32,896 nucleotides of DNA from Gonapodya sp. JEL0774. Taxonomy: Eukaryota. Location of the stretch: contig JADIIX010000020.1 of NCBI GenBank assembly GCA_027604505.1, forward strand, positions 186,001 through 218,896. Direction: 5' to 3'. Positions 22,166 through 32,896 of this stretch are shown piece after piece; position 1 is the first letter of the stretch; every line of letters begins with the position of its first letter. Below the pieces are notes generated by a model. It did not search any database and was not told where the DNA came from. It was given only the letters and a program-made list of their open reading frames with translations. Position numbers and translations under genes: made by a program.

Positions 22166-25074
22166 CTACGTTGTACCCCCCAATTTTCTCTCTTCCGATA
22201 ATCTTTCGAATCCCCTCTTAAACTCTTCGTGATATTTTACTAGCGATGACTTTATATCCGGCCTTCCAGCAAAAGCGCGACTGAGTAGCATTTTGACGTA
22301 GGAGAAGTCATCGTTGTTTGGATCGAGTAACGCCCCCCCGCCGCGGTAGAGCTCAAAGCTTCCTGGACCAACCTGCACATAGAAGAAAAATTACAAACTA
22401 GCTGACTGCTAGTCCAAGAGGATCTTTAAAGATACCCACATGTGCGGATATCATTCTGTAGAGAAAGTCATCCAGCTCAAACAGGTTGGTAGTGTTAAAA
22501 TCGCTCCTCCAATCATAACGTCGGTTTCTTCCGCTGGGTCCATTGATCATCTCTCCAGGCTTGATCAAGTTTGCGAGTTCCGGAATTGACGTTGTGTTGG
22601 GGTACCCTGGAGTGCGCGCGATACTCCTCGAAAGATACTTTTCGTCGTACTCAATTAGCGTGAGAAGCCTTTTGTCCTCTTCCGACTCGGGAAGTCGCCC
22701 AAAAGCTCTCTGGAAGCGCTCAGGTGTCAATGCCGTGACTAAGTTGGACGTAATAGATGTTAAGTCGTCCCCAACCGATAAGTCCAACACACTACGAAAC
22801 GTTCCAGCAGTTGCGGAGATATGGCACATCGAAAATCGGGGCGCTTTCATATCACTAACCCTGAGGCAGAGGTTAAAAGTCAGCGATCGGAGAATCCTGC
22901 TGTGAGAAACAGCGACGCGTACCGATCGACGTAGACCTTGTCCTTATTCGCTTTCAACCATTTCTCAATGTTCAGAAAATAATTGCAACCCAAAGGGAGA
23001 AAGTCCAAATCTCCCATAATCAGCCTATCATTTTCTGCGAATCGCGTCCAAGAGCCCGCAAATATTCTCTGCAACGCACTCTGCTGACCTGAGTCATGGA
23101 CAGCGAGTGGAACTTTGTGGAATTCGAATCCGCCGTTGGATAGGTATGATACTACCTCACGACCAGGCCAAGAAGTATTAAACGGTCGCAAGTCCTCCAC
23201 AAAGAGAAAAATGGGGACAATGTCACAGCGGCGCCACATCTGAATTGTCAAACCGCAAATAAGTCTCAGTAAGTTTGCGACCACAAGTCGACACAGGGAT
23301 AGCTTGCACTCGCCTCCGCCGCAAATGGTGCCCAGTATACAAACAAATCGATCATGTTCCCTGACAGAATCGCATAGGTCTGCCCTCCTACATCCTTGCT
23401 GGATGAACGCCCATCAAACAATGTATTGCCGGTGGATTGTGCTCCTCCCAACCCAATGATTGCTCCTGCCATGTAAATTCCCAAAAGCCCCGTCATTCCG
23501 ACAGACATGACTTTGAAGGGCAAGCCTTGCCTTGAGATTCTCATCATTGCCCAGGTTAGTTGACTTTCTTTTAATAGAGATACTGGCTTCGTTTCACTTG
23601 ATACCGACAAGTCGGATGCCGACGGTGTGGCATACAAAGCAATCGCAAAAGCCACGATGGCAACACTGAATGCGAACAAGAAGCTCACGTGAAGGCCAAA
23701 TAGGTAAGCCGAGCATACAACAGTAATAAGGATAGAAATTGAGGAGGCAAAGTTTTTCAGAATATTGTCTGTGGAATTCCAAAGTCATGATCTTAATCCA
23801 AGCGAGGAACCAGTGTGAAACCGTACGCGCAACCATTTACCAGCATACTTCATAATAACGGCCACAAGAAGACCTCCACACGCTTGGAGACAGATAGCAG
23901 CCCAGGTCCAGATAGTGTAACCTTGGAAAAATCCCCCTTCGGAGTAACTCTTGCCGTCGAACCACAGCACTCCAATAAAGAAACCAGGGACGACCGAGAA
24001 CAGCGAAAGCTGCACATTGCGTATCCATAAATCGGTGCTATTGGCTTTGATCACTTTCTCGAGATACACCCCAGCGAACCCAGATATGACGCTTGCGAGA
24101 CACACTTGAAGGAATCCAGCGATTGCTCTGGAGGTAAACGGACCTCCAACATCCGACCCAGCGTCACCACGTGTGGTTGAGCGTTGCGCAAGGAAGACTC
24201 CCAATGCAAGAATCATCAGTGAAATCCACCTGATAACTGATAAATGTCGTTTCAAGATAAAAACAGAGAACAGAGCAGTCGTGAGAAGCTACAAAATATA
24301 AAGAATGCACTCAAAACTTTTCAAAATGACAATGACAAAAGTTTGAACTTACCTTAAGCTGGTTGGTCATCTGATGCACAGCGGGACTCAGAGTTGTAAG
24401 CCCGGCGACCAAAAGGTTGCTCTGAACAAGATACAAAATTCCCGGTATCGTCAGCTCCATCCATTGGGATTCCACCCCAAACGCTTCGTTGTAGATCCTG
24501 GAAAGAATCCACCCGGGGCCAGCTGCATGCGGTTTAGCCCGTGACTGATTCACCGCACAGACGGCGATCGATATGAAAAGCTTTATCAGCTCAGAAGAGA
24601 CTAGTGTGTGAGAACAGTTGTTAAAAGAACAACTCACGTACACTAGCAACACTACTTACCGACCACTGTCGAGTTGAGAAACTTCGTCCCCGGTCGGGTC
24701 TGGGCGAATTTCAGTACAAGGGTGTGACAAGCGGCCTGCATCACTAGTGCGGCTAGTGAGAGCCATCTAATCCACCAGTTATGATTTCTGACAGGCTCTC
24801 CTGTGAGATCGTGAAAGGAATTGAACATAGGGGATGCAAGTGTTGCTTGACTAGATGAGATGGGATTGCCTTTGCAACGAGAGCGGGAACAATAACACGG
24901 GAGATGTAATGCAAGAATCAAAACAACAGATAGAAATTCCCTACCATGAATTCCTTTGAGCGCCCCATCGTCAGATTGGCCGAGCGATGTGACAGGTGGA
25001 ACGCTGACCATCGTCGAGCTCTTGAGCACTGCTGGCGATCGCGCAGACGCGATCTTGCCCGCGCTTTCAATCAT
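22166..25074 (-). CDS. Predicted fusion: SLC35A (UDP-galactose/UDP-GlcNAc-type) nucleotide-sugar transporter + TM + uncharacterised DxD-containing luminal domain; exons 25074-24945, 24800-24660, 24600-24353, 24288-23841, 23768-23314, 23239-22923, 22860-22440, 22372-22166 (~788 aa)
   Basis: SLC35A motifs STVVVSSELIK, IPGILYLVQSNL, QLK|LLTTALFS, SGFAGVYLEK, LWIRNVQL, GGLLVAVIMKYADNILKNFA. Within exon 23768-23314 the last transporter helix runs without a stop into a linker, a further TM and a soluble domain (YWAPFAAE|MWRR, IMGDLDFLPL, FSMCHISA). Confidence 0.8.
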
Positions 25075-25210
25075 TCTTGCTGCTTTAGTGATCGTATTTA
25101 TGGTCTCCAATGAGCGCTCGCGTCAGTTACCCTCAATATATTCGGATGATGAGCTACAATCCGGCTGTGGCCACAATTTCAATATTACACAGATCATTGG
25201 CAAGAGAGAC

Positions 25211-26581
25211 CTATCTTTTCGAAATCATCTGGTTTACAATAAGTTTGTTGGACATGACATCTACAGGATACGACATTTCCACATGCCACTGCAGGTCTGG
25301 CATGCAGCATTCCGTACAGTTGAGACTTTTCTGGCACTCATCGTCACTGTAGGCTGCCGCGAACGAATCTAAAACAGCGTTTACAGATGTCGGAAACCCG
25401 TTTGTTTTCAGGTTCGTGATGACGCGTGAGGAAAAGGGTTGCTCATTAGCTCTGTTCAAGAGTTCTTTTAGTCAGAGAATCGGCCTCATAGGATTGTAAT
25501 GCAACACAGACTCACATAATGCAAAGCTCCATCGTCGCTCTGGCCAGATGAATCGTCTTGGAGTGAATTATTCGCACCAGTCGTTTTACCATGAGGGTGT
25601 GATCGTGAAGTCTGCGCTCATTTGGATTGCTCGGGTTATCAACCCAGGGTTCATTTTTTCCTGGTCGAAATCTCATTGAATATTCGGTCGCGAGACGCCC
25701 GACTTTCAAAGTTTCTTTGTGACTTAAATCCCAAAGAGCGTGAAGTAAAGTGGCTTGGTCGTTAGCTGTCTTTCCTTGCCTATGAATCTCCAGCCATTTA
25801 CGGTGAATTGAAAGGAATCCGGGAGATTTGCGGTACACCATGACTCCATTATCCGGGAGAAATGATCCAGTCGAATCGTGAGAGTTGACAGCGAGATCGA
25901 CCTCGGTAGGAAACTCTTCAAAAAGCTCCAGTAAGCTGCCACAACAAAATGTGTCACCATCCACAGCGAGAGTTATTGCAAACGGGGAGTGATAAAGGAG
26001 CTCGAGTCTCGTCGTCCATTGATGATTAGCGACGCTACTGTTTCTCATTCCTTGAGGAATGTCCAGCACATGTGAAAATATATGCCGGTCCATAAATAAG
26101 TCCGGTGTTGACGTGAAGATAGCAATCGGCATTCCCGGGTTGTGGAGGCGGTAAGTTGCGGCGGACATCTTCACCATTTTAACTAATTCAGTGAGGGACG
26201 AACCGTCACCGTACGCAAAGAAGAGAATTCCTGTTGTTTGACACACGAATAGCGCACAAGAGCGTAGTTAAGGACCTGATTCTTCTTCTGTTCGATGAGC
26301 AGTGACCCACCAGCGTCCAGATCAAGCCAAGGATCCCTCCGTCGCCTCTCTTCTCTGTTCCCGAAATCAGCGCGGTCTGGACACCAATTTCGCGGTCGTT
26401 CGACCATCGCATTCATTTCTTCATCAGTGCTCGCGTGAAAGGCCCGCAAATGGTTATCATTGAGTACTTCAGCGGGTTTCCTTGTCAGAATGACGGAGAC
26501 GAAGACGGCAACAGAGAAGGCGAGGACAAGAAAGAAAGCGCGATTACGGTTCGAGAGCATCGAGTGGAATAGTGACGACAT
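25211..26581 (-). CDS. GT-A nucleotide-diphospho-sugar transferase-like type II membrane protein; exons 26581-26311, 26230-25516, 25451-25211
   Basis: TM AFFLVLAFSVAVFVSVIL; GILFFAYG, SPFAITLAVDGDT (DxD), DNGVMVYRK, NDQATL; phase-consistent GT-AG introns of 80 and 64 nt. Confidence 0.72.
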
Positions 26582-26676
26582 CCTCGGATATTGATGCGTG
26601 GATTGGAAGATGGGTTAGGGTTAGCTTGGCGTGATCTGGTGTTATGTAATGTCATAATTTTTATGCGCGAGTTCTT

Positions 26677-28276
26677 CTACAAAACACTTTCTTCAATAAT
26701 CTTACCCATTCTCCTGAATCCTTCTTCAATTTCACTCTCACTGGCCATGCTGTAGGACACCCTAATGTACGGACATCTGCCTTTTCTCGATACAGGGAAA
26801 AACGGCCCACCAGGAACAACAAACAGTCCAACAGGAAGCATCTTGTCGATTACGAGGTTAGTCACATCAACGACGGACTCGCCAGTCTCATCGTCCGTAA
26901 AAGTGCTGGCCGCGGGGCCTTTGAGCACCTTTATCCAAAGAAACATGCCGGCCGTGGGAGCTTTCCACTCGCACGTGGACGAGAGGTACTTGTCCGCCAA
27001 AGCCAATACCATATCTCTCCTTTTCTTGTAAAAACCACAGACCTCCTTTGCATGCGCCAAGACCCCTTCAACTCCCATATCTCTCACGACTGTGTCGATG
27101 GCCGCTTGAGCAAAGATGGATCCGTGACCAATCGTGCCCATTGTGAAACAATCGAGAAGTGCGATGAGTTCCTTTGGCCCCGATACCCACGACACGCGGG
27201 CTCCTGCGGAGAGAAGCTTTGCAAAGGAGTCGAAGCGGAGGACGGGGGGGCAAGGTGTGGGAGGAGTGGAGTGGGCGATGGAGAAATAAGAGCGAACTAA
27301 CGTTGGTGTGAATTGAAGGAAGTAGTAACTTCGGGTTGAACGGAAGTTAGGTGCGTCCGGTTTCCAGTTCCAAGAAAATCTGTCACTCACGGATCATCCT
27401 CCAGAATTAACACTTCATATCTTCCACAAATCTCTAAAATCCTGCTCTTGCGTTCCTCCACCGTGGTGACACCGGTTGGGTTCCCGCCAGTTGGCACTGT
27501 GTAGAATATTCGGGGCCTCTTTCCTTTACTATCATCCCATTCCCGAAGCACTTTTTCTAGTCCCTCGGGTATAACACCCTCTCCGTCCGTTGGCACGTCC
27601 ACCGGCACGGCCCCGATCGTCCTCAAAGGGGTGAGGGCTCCCGTGAATGTCGGTGCATCGCAAAGGATAAAATCACCACGGTCCACGAAAAGATCAAAGG
27701 CAAGGAACATGGTGCCGAGACTTCCCAGAGTGATTGAGGTTTCGAAGTTCGATGTGGGAACATGTTGAACGGTGGAGGTGAATTCGTGACACCATGCGCG
27801 GAGGGACGGGTAGCCATTCTTCGTGTGAAAACATATGGAAATGTATCATGTCAACATGCAACAAGATAAAGACCAAGCTCCTCTGCCACAAACATGGTGT
27901 TACTTACGGGCATCCCGTAGTCGTTGGCGATAGCTGTTGCTTCCAATCCCATCGGCACTGATTTGCCGCTCCTCAGCTTTAGCTCCACATCAACAATTGG
28001 GAAAGTTGAGGGATTCGGTTTACCCCCCGCCAAATGTTGCTGTTGGTCAGTAGGCAGTGTTGCCGCGGAAGCAATTGCACCCCTCATAATGGAAATAATG
28101 GGTTCCACACGGCAGCTCAAGGCTCGGAGCGAGAGGTATCTACCATAGAGAGATACGGTGTCCGGTAGGGAGTGACCTGCGGCGAGCTCCGCACGGAATG
28201 CAGCGTTCGCTTGGGAGTAATCTGTATCGAAGTGTTTTGAGTACCCAGAGTTCCGGTTACTAGATCTATTGATCAT
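26677..28276 (-). CDS. PLP-dependent class I aminotransferase, 2-aminoadipate/kynurenine/aromatic (AADAT/Aro8-like)
   Basis: LAGGKPNPSTFP, YTVPTGGNPTG, ILEDDP|YYFLQF, RFDSFAKLLSAGAR (PLP lysine), PTAGMFLWI, YIRVSYS; at least 2 introns; start codon approximate. Confidence 0.88.
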
Positions 28277-28936
28277 CGCTTTTCGAGTGGATTGCACGCA
28301 GATCAGGGGAAGTTGAGCGAGCGCTTATGGATTGCAAGTTATGAAGAAGAAATCTGCTCCCTGGAAATATGAGGTACTTTTATAAACGGAAAACCTCACG
28401 TAGAGGCACAGTTCTCCGCGCTGGTGAAAACAATATTACTCTCGTAGCCAGAATAACAACAGATCTAAATTTTCAGAATTTCGGCAGTTAGTTGGAAGAA
28501 TTGCACGGTCACGATCACGCTCACTCGGAGAGCAGGCAAAGGCAAACCCATGGAACGGATGAACGAAACTGGATGAAAAACATATGGAATAACTTCAAAG
28601 CCGCTTGTGCATGACGAAGTCATATTATAGGAACTGCCGGTAGCCCGGACCTCACACGTCCTCCGTCATCAGGATCACCGACTGTCATCATGATTCCCAT
28701 CTTTCTGTTCATGCACATTCAGATTTGGATATTCATTCACGTCTGTAGTAGTCTTCATAAATCTGATGAATTAACCTGTCGGGGTCAGCCGATGCCGTGC
28801 CGATGCTGTGCAGATGCTGACGGATGCATTTGTTGTTTCCAGTTTGCATCTGATGCGAAGTCGGCCGGTTTGTCCCCTGCCCTGCCAACCACATACCGCC
28901 ATTTATACTCCATTTCAATTCACTCTTAAAACAGCA

Positions 28937-30888
28937 ATGCGGCTCTCAACAGCGCGATTTCACTCAAGAGCACTGTACTCGGCGTTCTCATCCACTGTCA
29001 TCACAGCGCAAGTCCCCATCCTCGTCGCCCCTCGAAAGACTCCAGCACCCCTCTGTCATCGCTCGTTCTCGCGCTCAACTCAACCCATTCTCGCCCGTGT
29101 GTCCTCAACAACTCTCGAAGAAGAGGAACAAAGGATGTCTGCTACCGCTCCCAACCCCACCCCCCTGCGGTCCGACAAAGCACTTCCAGACATCGATAGT
29201 TCAAAGCTCAGTGTGGAGCTCACCCAAACACCCAGGTCGATGCCTCCCCTCAAGGATTTAGTGTTTGGAAGATTATGTGAGTGCCTTGAGGTAGAATGGG
29301 AGGGGTAACTAAGAGAACGTTGGCGGGATGTACTCAACGGTTGCAACGACGTCCGTTCGGATTGCATTATTTGACCCGGTTGGCACCATTCCCTCCCTAA
29401 TTATAAGTTTCGGACCACATGCTGCAGATTGAATGGACGGCCGGTAAAGGCTGGGCAAATCCCAAAGTGAGCCTTCCGGCGAGCTGCTGAACTGGCGTTC
29501 TCGGTCTGACAAATCGGATATCTCTCTGTCGTTGTCGAACCCCACTTCTCCAGATCATGCCTTACCAGAAACTCCAACTTGAGCCCAGCGCTGTCGTGTT
29601 CCACTACGGTATCGAGTGCTTCGAAGGTCTCAAAGCGTACAAGGACACGGATGGCACCATCCGACTCTTCCGCCCGGACATGAACATGAAGCGCCTACAT
29701 AAGTCGGCGCAGCGGATAGCATTGCCAGCCTTCGATAGGGAAGAGCTGCTTGAGTGTATTAAGAAGCTTGTGAGGATCGACAAGGGGTGGATTCCCGACA
29801 AGAAGGGGTACTCCCTGTACATCCGCCCAACTATCATCGGAACACAGGTAAGCACTTGACTGTGATTCGTTTCTTTCTCAAATCTGCCTAGATTACTCAG
29901 TTGTTGTTGTTATTTAACCCGTCAGGAATCGCTTGGGGTAGGCCCCTCTAATCGCGCCCTCTTCTTCTGCATCATGTCCCCCGTCGGCCCGTACTATGCC
30001 TCTGGCTTCGCCGCTACTTCTATTCGCGCAACATTTGAGTATACGCGTGCCGCCCCCGGTGGTACAGGCGACGCAAAGCTGGGTGTCAACTACGCTCCTG
30101 GTATCAAACCGCAAGTGGAGGCAGCCAAGGAAGGGTACCAGCAGAATTTGTGGTTGTATGGAAAGGATCATCAGGTGACGGAGGTGTGAGTGATTCGCTG
30201 TGGGCTTGGTGGTGGGAGGGATATCGAAGAAGTACCCCTTACGAGATGGTCGACTGACTATATCCTGAATATGTCGTCATAGGGGAACCTCAAACTTTTT
30301 CGTTTATTGGATCAACGAGCAGGGCGAGCGAGAACTCGTCACCCCCGACCTCGACGGTAAGTCCTTGATCCCATTCCCTTTACTGGCGTTCCCTTAAGCT
30401 CATCCATACGGAAACCGCCCTCCGCCGCAGGCACCATTCTCCATGGTGTGACTCGTGACTCCGTACTCGCGATTGCACGTGGATGGGGCGAGTTTAAGGT
30501 GTCGGAACGCTACATAGTGATGAACGACTTGGTAAAAGCCTCGGCAGAGGGGAGGTTGATTGAGTGTTTTGCGACAGGTGAGTTGACGCATGCCTTGGCA
30601 CGAATGCGAGCTCAGAGAGAGTACGGGATGAGTAACGAATCAAAAATTTCTACCATTGTACGACACCAACCCATACACGTTGGATTTCTCTCAAATCGAC
30701 ACCTAGGCACTGCCGCTATCGTGAGCCCCATTAAGCTCATCGGCTATAAAGGCCTGGATATCCCTGTGCCCCTTGACCCCAGCAATCCCGAATCCCAAGC
30801 CGGCCCTCTTGCCCGCAGACTTTTCGAGGAGATAATGGCGATACAGTACGGTGAACGGCCGGGACATCCTTGGAGCGTGGTGGTATAA
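28937..30888 (+). CDS. Branched-chain amino acid aminotransferase, mitochondrial precursor (BAT1/BCAT-like), multi-intron
   Basis: Presequence [67 protein letters not shown] (PLP lysine), [35 protein letters not shown]. Confidence 0.93.
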
Positions 30889-31237
30889 AGTCGGTGATGA
30901 CGACCTCGCGGGGGAATGGATTACAGCGTAGTAACTGTTTGTAATCGTGGTGATTGTTGCCACTGGCTTTCATGTAATTGAAAACTGTCAGTGTACCAGC
31001 GGCTATCAAATCCAAGAGTGTGTTGGAATCCTCAAGCAACGTGACACTTAACACGAGCCACACTACAGTACGGGATCTTGACTTGTGCCCGAGTGTGGGG
31101 ATAAACAACTATTGGAAACGATGGACGGGTGGAAACTAACGCACATCCAAAATTCAAATTGTTGATAGTATTCCGAATACATTGCTGCTCAAAGCATTCC
31201 TGCTTCATTGCACCATTCTACATGGCCGCCCGTACAC

Positions 31238-32483
31238 TTATGCTGGACTCTCAAATGCTGCAAGACCCCTCACAAGCCTCCCAACGGCCTGCCCAAACCC
31301 CTCATTGACGATCCTACCCTCCCTCCTCGCCAACGGGTTTCTGGCTACGTGTTCCACGTAGCACTGAGCATGAATTTGTTTCAGAGCCGCTTGGATGACT
31401 GAGGATTCAATGGAGGGGTCGGTGAGGAGGACGAGATGGAGAGATGTTGCGGTGGTGTGGTGGTGAAGTTTATACGAAGACGTGCTGGAAAGGCGACAGA
31501 GAGCAAGTGAGAAAAGGGCGTTGTCGCGAAATTCCCCGGGAAGGGTTTGAGGGGGCCGTGGCGAATGTTCGCGACGACCATAGGAAGGGGCTAGAAACCT
31601 GGTAATATGGAAGCCACGTCCAGGATTTTGAAGGCATCTATTTGCTCTCGTGAGTCATTGAAGCCATTTTCATTCCGGTGAAGATCAAACACGGGAGTTC
31701 CGCTCGCTCCGTGCAGTACCAAATTTTGAAGATGTCTGCCTCCGGCACTTACCGATAAGAGAGAAAGCCACCTTCCGACGAGCTGAGGGTAAATGGTGAG
31801 GGGTTGTGAGGTGGGCAATTTGCCAAAGAGTGGTGAAGAGGGGTAACAAGAAATCGAGTCCCACTGGAGGTCATCTGACGCAACCACAGTCTCCAAGGTG
31901 AAATTCCCAGAAACTACCACATCTTCAATCCACCCCTTATAGTTTTAAGACATCGGCGTGACGGGCAGTTCTACTCTCCTGTTCCCAGCATCATCTTTTC
32001 GTTGATCCCAACGCAAGCGTATTCTTGTCGATTCAACACGAAAACTAACCCTTTAAGTTTATTGCAGATGTTCCTGAGGGAGAAGACAACACCGTACACG
32101 AGTTTGGCTTCTTCCTCCCACCCGATCCCCCCCCCAGATTGTCCCCGAGCGCCTGCTGCAAGGGAAAGTGGTTCTGAGCCTGGCCCCGATCCTACGTCTG
32201 AATTTCGAAGAGATGTAGGTTGGCTAGGTGGTTGCAGGCGGGAGGTGGAGGCGGAAACGTTAGAAGAGGATGGTGGGAGAGGCGGTGTTGAAGGGGGCGA
32301 GGCAGACGAAGTTGCTTGAGAAGATGGAGCCTTATGCCACTGTGTATGATAAATGCAGACACAATGACGATCGAAGATGTACTAGGCAGTCGAATCATTG
32401 CCGTTGAAATGACCACGAGGTGAATTGCAACTTCAGGGCATCCATAACCCAACAGTTTTTCAGCCTACGATGCTATATATCAT
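31238..32483 (-). CDS. BET5: TRAPP complex subunit Bet5/TRAPPC1 (sybindin-like), 4 exons; not represented in the ORF track
   Basis: Manual splicing gives MIYSI|YIFDRHCVCIYHTQW..EEEAKLVYGVVFSLRNICNKL..GFLSYR|TSSYKLH..VLLTDP..YVEHVARNPL..NEGF; stop TAA 31240-31238. Confidence 0.88.
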
Positions 32484-32819
32484 GGGCCTGTTGCTCCTCC
32501 CTGGGATCTGCAGTGATGTAACGAATGTCCGGGTGCAATTAAATTGAGGATATGGCGACGATCGACAACTGACATTTTGTGTCAACCATACCCTGCACAT
32601 ATTTGGAGTTGTGAGCGTTCACATTCCCCTGGCGCCGCTCATGACAAGAGACAATGAATGAGCATGAAGGCAGTCCGCACCACAATCATTTCGGTTTTTG
32701 GAACCCCCGACTCCCGGCAGCCCTCGCCGCCATCCCTCCGCACCGCGCTTATTGCTCATGGAATATTTTACTTATCAAAGATTAATACTGTCAATGATGA
32801 CTCCTTTGGTGCAACTGTT

Positions 32820-32896
32820 GGGAGGATGGCCGAGTTGGTCTAAGGCGCCAGATTAAGGTTCTGGTCTCTTCGGAGGCGTGGGTTCGAATCCCACTT
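32820..32896 (+). tRNA. tRNA-Leu(AAG), 3' end cut by window edge
   Basis: A-box TGGCCGAGTTGGT, anticodon arm ccaga-TTAAGGT-tctgg (AAG at 32855-32857), long variable arm ctcTTCGgag, T arm gtggGTTCGAATCccac. Confidence 0.95.

Noticed and set aside
25074..25260. Triple fusion of the 25211-26581 GT into the SLC35A gene
   Set aside because: No convincing donor before the TAG at 25211, and an in-frame stop lies upstream of the transporter ORF; the topology would also be inconsistent.
31591..31920. 109-aa minus-strand ORF as an independent gene
   Set aside because: Lies mostly in BET5 introns and overlaps a small BET5 exon in another frame.
32820..32896. tRNA as the integration site of the island
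   Set aside because: No integrase, transposase or duplicated tRNA 3' fragment seen, and housekeeping genes separate it from the island.

Overview
Compact, intron-containing eukaryotic DNA, most likely fungal. An early-diverging lineage is my inference from the presence of propionyl-CoA carboxylase. Left flank: the 3' end of a low-complexity gene and a head-to-head PCCA/PCCB pair. Right flank: a divergent 2-aminoadipate/aromatic aminotransferase and branched-chain aminotransferase pair, BET5/TRAPPC1 and a truncated tRNA-Leu(AAG). Between them (7660-26581) lies an apparent ~19 kb Golgi glycan-synthesis cluster. It encodes a GT47/exostosin-like enzyme, two paralogous two-domain glycosyltransferases (GT-A/GT7C-like plus fucosyltransferase-like), a Pvg1/EpsI-type pyruvyltransferase, a membrane-anchored FkbM-type methyltransferase and another GT-A enzyme, with an F-box gene in the middle. 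The main result comes from manual splicing: both SLC35-type transporters in the cluster appear to be fused in frame to luminal glycosyltransferase(-like) domains. All gene models were spliced by eye and family calls rest on recalled motifs; no searches were run.
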